From a virus: DNA of 64,000 nt. Below the pieces are notes generated by a model. It was not told the DNA's origin, did no database searches, and saw nothing but the letters and a program-made list of their open reading frames with translations. Below are positions 60,071 through 64,000 of this stretch, one piece after another. A program made the translations under genes and the position numbers. Position 1 is the stretch's first letter. Every line of letters begins with the position of its first letter. The DNA lies in the IMG/VR virus record IMGVR_UViG_3300019742_000002, positions 1-64,000 of that record; one strand, 5' to 3'.

Positions 60071-61366
60071 TTGAGTGAAATACCTAAAAAAACCAAAAAA
60101 TCTATAAGACAATATGTACAAGAGGATGAGATTAAATTTTATATATACCTTTTTAAATATTCCCAACAATTAAAAAATATTGAAGAAATGACTAAAGAAG
60201 AAATATTAGAAAAACATAAAAAGGCCGTTCAAGCTAGATTGAAAAGAATTAAATCGAGTATTCTAAGGAAATATGAAAATTTTTTAAATGTCATTGAGGC
60301 TGGTGATAATGATTTAACTGATGAGTTTGTCTTATCAAGGTTTAATAAATTAGATAGAGATAATAAAGAAATATATACTGATTCTTTAGAGGGTATTTTT
60401 ATATATAATAAAAATAAAGAGTATGTTAAATGTTGGGAAGCACCTATAGATAGAGATTTAATTATAAAAGAATTTAATGAGAAGAGGAATAATTATATAG
60501 AATTTCTTGAAAATACGGACAATAAAAGATTTAAAAATGAGTTAGATTATGTAAAAAATATTAAAATATCTTCTAATACATCTAAGGAAAAATTTGGTAA
60601 AATTATAATGATTATGGTACATAACTTATTAAAAATGCCTAGTTTTAGTTCGTATACAGATAATTGGAGTTCTGATTTTTATTCAAATGCTGTAGAGAAA
60701 ATATTATTATATACTCATAATTATGATGAAAATATACTATCTTCTATATCAGGTCAAAAAAGTAAAGCCTTTGCATATATAACACAAGTTTGTACCAATG
60801 CTTTTAGGAATATTATAAATACAAGAAAAGAAGATGAGGAGTGTCTTAGAGATACTATTTCATTGAGTACATTTCACACCGATGGTGTATTAATAGATTC
60901 TACCAACAAAAGTACATATATTAATGAACATAACTCAATAAAAATTAGACTAAAAACTAAAGACATTCTTATAGAGATTAAAGATTATATTGATAAAATT
61001 AGAGAAACTAATTCTATAAACTTTGCTAATATATCTATAAAAACTGAGTTAAAATATTTAAAAGAGGATATAGATGAGGTTGATAAAAATAGTGACTATT
61101 ATGATTATATAGAACAACTAGAAAATAAAATAAATCATTCTAAGTTGATAGAAGATTTAAGTAACAACGAAGACGAAATTGAAGGTGTTACATTTATAAA
61201 AGATTCTAGTATTAGTTTAACTGAGGATATTTTAAACGAAATAGAGGCTTATAAAGGTTCTCTATATGTATCAATAATAAATTATAAAGAACCTATAGAA
61301 ATTGAAAAAGAGGAAATTATAGAAAAAATAGTTAAGAAAAAGGTGGATTTTACAGATGAGTTCTAA
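60071..61366 (+). CDS. gp55: Late-transcription sigma factor gp55 (enlarged, 431 aa)
   Basis: FGKIIM..V.NL...SFSSYT..W..DF..A.E..L.Y..NYD...AFAYITQ..NAF; adjacent to gp47. Confidence 0.88.
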   Translation: MSEIPKKTKKSIRQYVQEDEIKFYIYLFKYSQQLKNIEEMTKEEILEKHKKAVQARLKRIKSSILRKYENFLNVIEAGDNDLTDEFVLSRFNKLDRDNKEIYTDSLEGIFIYNKNKEYVKCWEAPIDRDLIIKEFNEKRNNYIEFLENTDNKRFKNELDYVKNIKISSNTSKEKFGKIIMIMVHNLLKMPSFSSYTDNWSSDFYSNAVEKILLYTHNYDENILSSISGQKSKAFAYITQVCTNAFRNIINTRKEDEECLRDTISLSTFHTDGVLIDSTNKSTYINEHNSIKIRLKTKDILIEIKDYIDKIRETNSINFANISIKTELKYLKEDIDEVDKNSDYYDYIEQLENKINHSKLIEDLSNNEDEIEGVTFIKDSSISLTEDILNEIEAYKGSLYVSIINYKEPIEIEKEEIIEKIVKKKVDFTDEF

Positions 61367-62459
61367 AGTTATTATATTAGGAGATACTCATTTTGGTATC
61401 AAGAAGTTTTCGTTAGAATTTCTTGATAATCAACTAGAACTTTTTAATTCTCAAATATTTCCATATATGCAAGAGAATAATATAAAAGAAATATATCAAT
61501 TAGGAGACCTTTTTGATAATAGAACAACAGCTGAAGTTGGTTGGCTAGAGAGTGTTAAATCTAAATTCTTTGAGACTCTAAAAGAAAAAGATATAGTTCT
61601 ATATACTCTATTAGGAAATCACGATATTTATTTCAGAGAGTCAAGAGAAATATCTTTAATCGAAACATTTTCTGAACTATACCCTAATAATTTTAAGATA
61701 TTTAAAGAGAGAACTTCAATAAATCTTTTGGGTAGAGAAACATATATAGTGCCTTGGATTACTAAAAATGAATCTCTTGAATATAATGAAATAAAAGATA
61801 AAGAAATCATTTTAGGTCATTTTGAAATTAGAGATTTTAGTATGGTTAAAGGTCATGTGGATAAATCGTCAAAACTAACTAAAAACTTTTTTAAAACTGA
61901 TACTAAAGTAGATAGAGTGTTTTCGGGTCATTATCATCTAAAAAATACAGATTCTGATATAAAATATTTAGGTACACCTTTTCAACTAACTTTTGCTGAC
62001 CATAAAGAAGAAAAGGGTTTTTATGTATGGGATGGTTGGAATTTAGAATTTATAGAGAATACTTGCACTAAAAGATTTATAGAAATTCATTATAATGATT
62101 CAAATTTAGATGGTAATGTTGAGGTTATAGGATTAGCTAAAGAAAGTTTATATTATACCAAAGACGAGTTTAAGGATACTTTAGAGAGTTTAGAAAAACA
62201 CGATTGTAAATTTATAGTAAAAGAATCTAAAAATAGAGATTTTGACGATATTATATTTAACATAAAAGAATCTAAAATAAAAGTATCAATATCTAATCAA
62301 CAAGAAGTTAAAGAGCTTATAGGTGATGTAACAAATATTGATGAAAGTGTTCTCAAAGATACTAGAAAATTTATATTAGATAAAGTGAAAGATAGTGATG
62401 AAAATTTAGTTCCTACTTTATTGGAAATTTTTAGTGATTTGGATTCAATTACAAGCTAA
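61356..62459 (+). CDS. gp47: Recombination endonuclease subunit gp47 (Mre11/SbcD)
   Basis: GDTHFG, LGDLFDNR, GNHD, VPWI, GHFE, FSGHYH, YLGTP. Confidence 0.93.
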   Translation: MSSKVIILGDTHFGIKKFSLEFLDNQLELFNSQIFPYMQENNIKEIYQLGDLFDNRTTAEVGWLESVKSKFFETLKEKDIVLYTLLGNHDIYFRESREISLIETFSELYPNNFKIFKERTSINLLGRETYIVPWITKNESLEYNEIKDKEIILGHFEIRDFSMVKGHVDKSSKLTKNFFKTDTKVDRVFSGHYHLKNTDSDIKYLGTPFQLTFADHKEEKGFYVWDGWNLEFIENTCTKRFIEIHYNDSNLDGNVEVIGLAKESLYYTKDEFKDTLESLEKHDCKFIVKESKNRDFDDIIFNIKESKIKVSISNQQEVKELIGDVTNIDESVLKDTRKFILDKVKDSDENLVPTLLEIFSDLDSITS

Positions 62460-62469
62460 TTTTTAATAT

Positions 62470-62555
62470 TTTAAACAAGTATTAGCTATAATATAGACAA
62501 TTAAAAAAGATTAACTAAAGTGTTTATTAGTTTTTCTTATTAATTTATTTTTTTA
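62470..62555 (+). promoter_or_regulatory. Sigma70-type promoter and conserved leader pointing into palindrome 2
   Basis: tttaaac-N-gctataat then ttaactaaagtgtttattag..ttaatttattttt; homologous to 23281-23350 (-) and 1-80 (-). Confidence 0.6.
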
Positions 62556-62740
62556 AAATATGAAAGCAAATTTAAGATAGCTCTATCTTTTTTCATATTT
62601 AAAACTTTTTATATAAAATACCTCCGTTTAATTCCCTTTTTTACATTTCATCTATAAGTTTTAATTCATTAATATATAACTATAAAAAGATACTCTTCAA
62701 TTAAACATAATAAATAATATCTATAGTTTACAGTTGCTCA

Positions 62741-62887
62741 AAAGAGTATCTACGATTAAATATATTAATTTATAACTTTTAAAATTTTTTATTCTTTTCT
62801 TTATTATAAGAGTTTTTATTTACAAATTTCACTTTTTATAAGTTTTTATTATATTTAAACTATTATATTCAATCGTAGATACTCTTT
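62741..62887 (-). repeat. Dispersed repeat, copy E, with an extra inverted terminal motif
   Basis: Unit on - strand at 62741-62856; tattcaatcgtagatactcttt on + at ~62866-62887. Confidence 0.92.
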
Positions 62888-63055
62888 ATAAATTTCATAT
62901 AGTAATTCACTTTATCTACTATAGTCAATCAAAACAATACTTCAATATAAACTATGTACTATTTAATCATCCATAAACTACCTTTAAACCACTTTAAATA
63001 ATATATCCTATACCTTACTATTAAAATCAATTAATAAAGCCTTAAAATACCCAAT

Positions 63056-63197
63056 AAAATCATCTATGATTAAAACTATAATAAAAACTTATAATAATCA
63101 AAATTTGTAAATAAAAACTCTTATAATAAAGAAAAAGAATTAAAAATTTTAAAAGCTATAAATTAATATATTCAATCGTAGATACTTTTTTATTTTA
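63056..63197 (+). repeat. Dispersed repeat, copy F
   Basis: Full unit. Confidence 0.95.
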
Positions 63198-63279
63198 AAT
63201 GATTAAGTAATTATATACTATAGATATTAAATGATGATTATAGATGAAATGTGAAAAAAGGAATTAAACGGAGGTATTT

Positions 63280-63837
63280 CTATAAAAGTTTCACATTCCA
63301 ATACTGTATATCACTCTCTTTTAGATTGTATGGATTTGTATAATATCTTGTTCTATTTCTAAAGGCATTAATTCTACATCTTTTATTTCTTGCCTCAAAA
63401 TATTTTATAAGCTCATCACCACCTCTAAAGAATATATTAAATAAAGGTTTTAATATACCCTCAAATCTACTATCACTTATTTCATTTCTTAATTTAACTG
63501 ATATAATTTGCATACATAAAGGATGTGAGTTTTTTGTTTTGTGGCAATAAGAATGTAAATCTTCTAATTTAGGTACTGTTGTATACCCACTAGTTTTAAT
63601 AGGAGAATTACTCATATTTATTGTATAATCCTTTCTATCTACCCTTAAATACATATCCAATTTTCTAATATCACCTCTAATATCACCACCGTTAGTATTA
63701 AAACTTATACGAAATGACGAACTTTTATCAATAACTATATATTCATTCAACGAAATATTTTTATAACTAGTATCTTTATCCTCTAAATATTGAACAATAT
63801 ACTCAACTACATTTTCTAATAAACTTTTAATTTTCAT
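63280..63837 (-). CDS. Hypothetical protein, possible internal head protein
   Basis: MKIKSLLE..YLE N-terminus; early promoter 63862-63883. Confidence 0.55.
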   Translation of the reverse strand: MKIKSLLENVVEYIVQYLEDKDTSYKNISLNEYIVIDKSSSFRISFNTNGGDIRGDIRKLDMYLRVDRKDYTINMSNSPIKTSGYTTVPKLEDLHSYCHKTKNSHPLCMQIISVKLRNEISDSRFEGILKPLFNIFFRGGDELIKYFEARNKRCRINAFRNRTRYYTNPYNLKESDIQYWNVKLL

Positions 63838-63915
63838 ATTATACCCTTTTATATTTTGTTAATTATACCCACTTAAACTTAAATCTTTATAAATAATCCT
63901 AAAAGGATACCTAAA

Positions 63916-64000
63916 ATGTCTATACAAGATATAATTAACAATAAAACTACCTCAACATCTCCAACAAATTCTTACAGGGCTACTGTAGTTGATGTTGAAG
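63916..64000 (+). CDS. 5' end of probable baseplate hub gp5 (truncated by the window)
   Basis: MSIQDIINNKTTSTSPTNSYRATVVDVE resembles the gp5 OB-fold start; late promoter 63888. Confidence 0.5.
   Translation, partial: MSIQDIINNKTTSTSPTNSYRATVVDVE

Larger units (their letters stand above)
62602..63292. repeat. ~690-bp imperfect palindrome 2: outer ~42-55 bp inverted repeats enclosing repeat copies E and F
   Basis: 62616-62657 (aaatacctccgtttaattcc..acatttcatctataa) is the near-exact reverse complement of 63238-63279. Confidence 0.9.

Noticed and set aside
22793-63197. CRISPR array interpretation of the repeat family (given the Cas2-like gene)
   Set aside because: Units are ~120 bp, dispersed or inverted, and not tandem with unique 30-40 bp spacers; no cas operon
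62602-63292. Autonomous transposon or IS element
   Set aside because: No transposase in the element or window and no clear target-site duplication; kept only as a repeat
1-64000. Stop-codon reassignment, tRNA genes, diversity-generating retroelement
   Set aside because: Core genes are intact in the standard code and end in TAA, TAG or TGA; no cloverleaf, reverse transcriptase or TR/VR pair noticed by eye (tRNAscan not run)

Overview
This is a very AT-rich segment of a large T4-like myovirus genome. Campylobacterota is the likely host group, inferred from TTTAAG-N10/11-TATAAT promoters and AAAGGA ribosome-binding sites. T4 core genes are recognisable but scattered: gp25, gp6, gp7-like, gp26-like, gp20-23, gp2, gp52, fused gp39/60, gp3, gp55, gp47 and the start of a gp5-like gene. 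They lie mostly on the + strand behind TATAAATA late promoters and alternate with - strand blocks of small early genes behind sigma70-type promoters. Accessory genes include four or five homing-type nucleases, a DNA methyltransferase, a bacterial-type beta clamp, a macrodomain, a VapD/Cas2-fold protein, a GNAT, an HD-kinase, a TelA-like protein and a stand-alone PolA/TV-Pol-like polymerase. Five things stand out. (1) A non-coding ~115-145 bp repeat (six copies) builds 430-690 bp imperfect palindromes, each with a conserved inward-facing promoter. (2) Several proteins carry T4 internal-protein-like capsid-targeting N-termini with L-x-E protease sites, including a GNAT and a polyprotein with a duplicated cleavage site. 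(3) Two unrelated 5' leaders share one architecture, a long hairpin whose loop is complementary to the 3' flank; one precedes the TV-Pol-like gene. (4) A fixed-geometry divergent early/late promoter element recurs. (5) GATC and CCWGG are avoided at the codon level. All calls come from reading motifs by eye; no searches were run.
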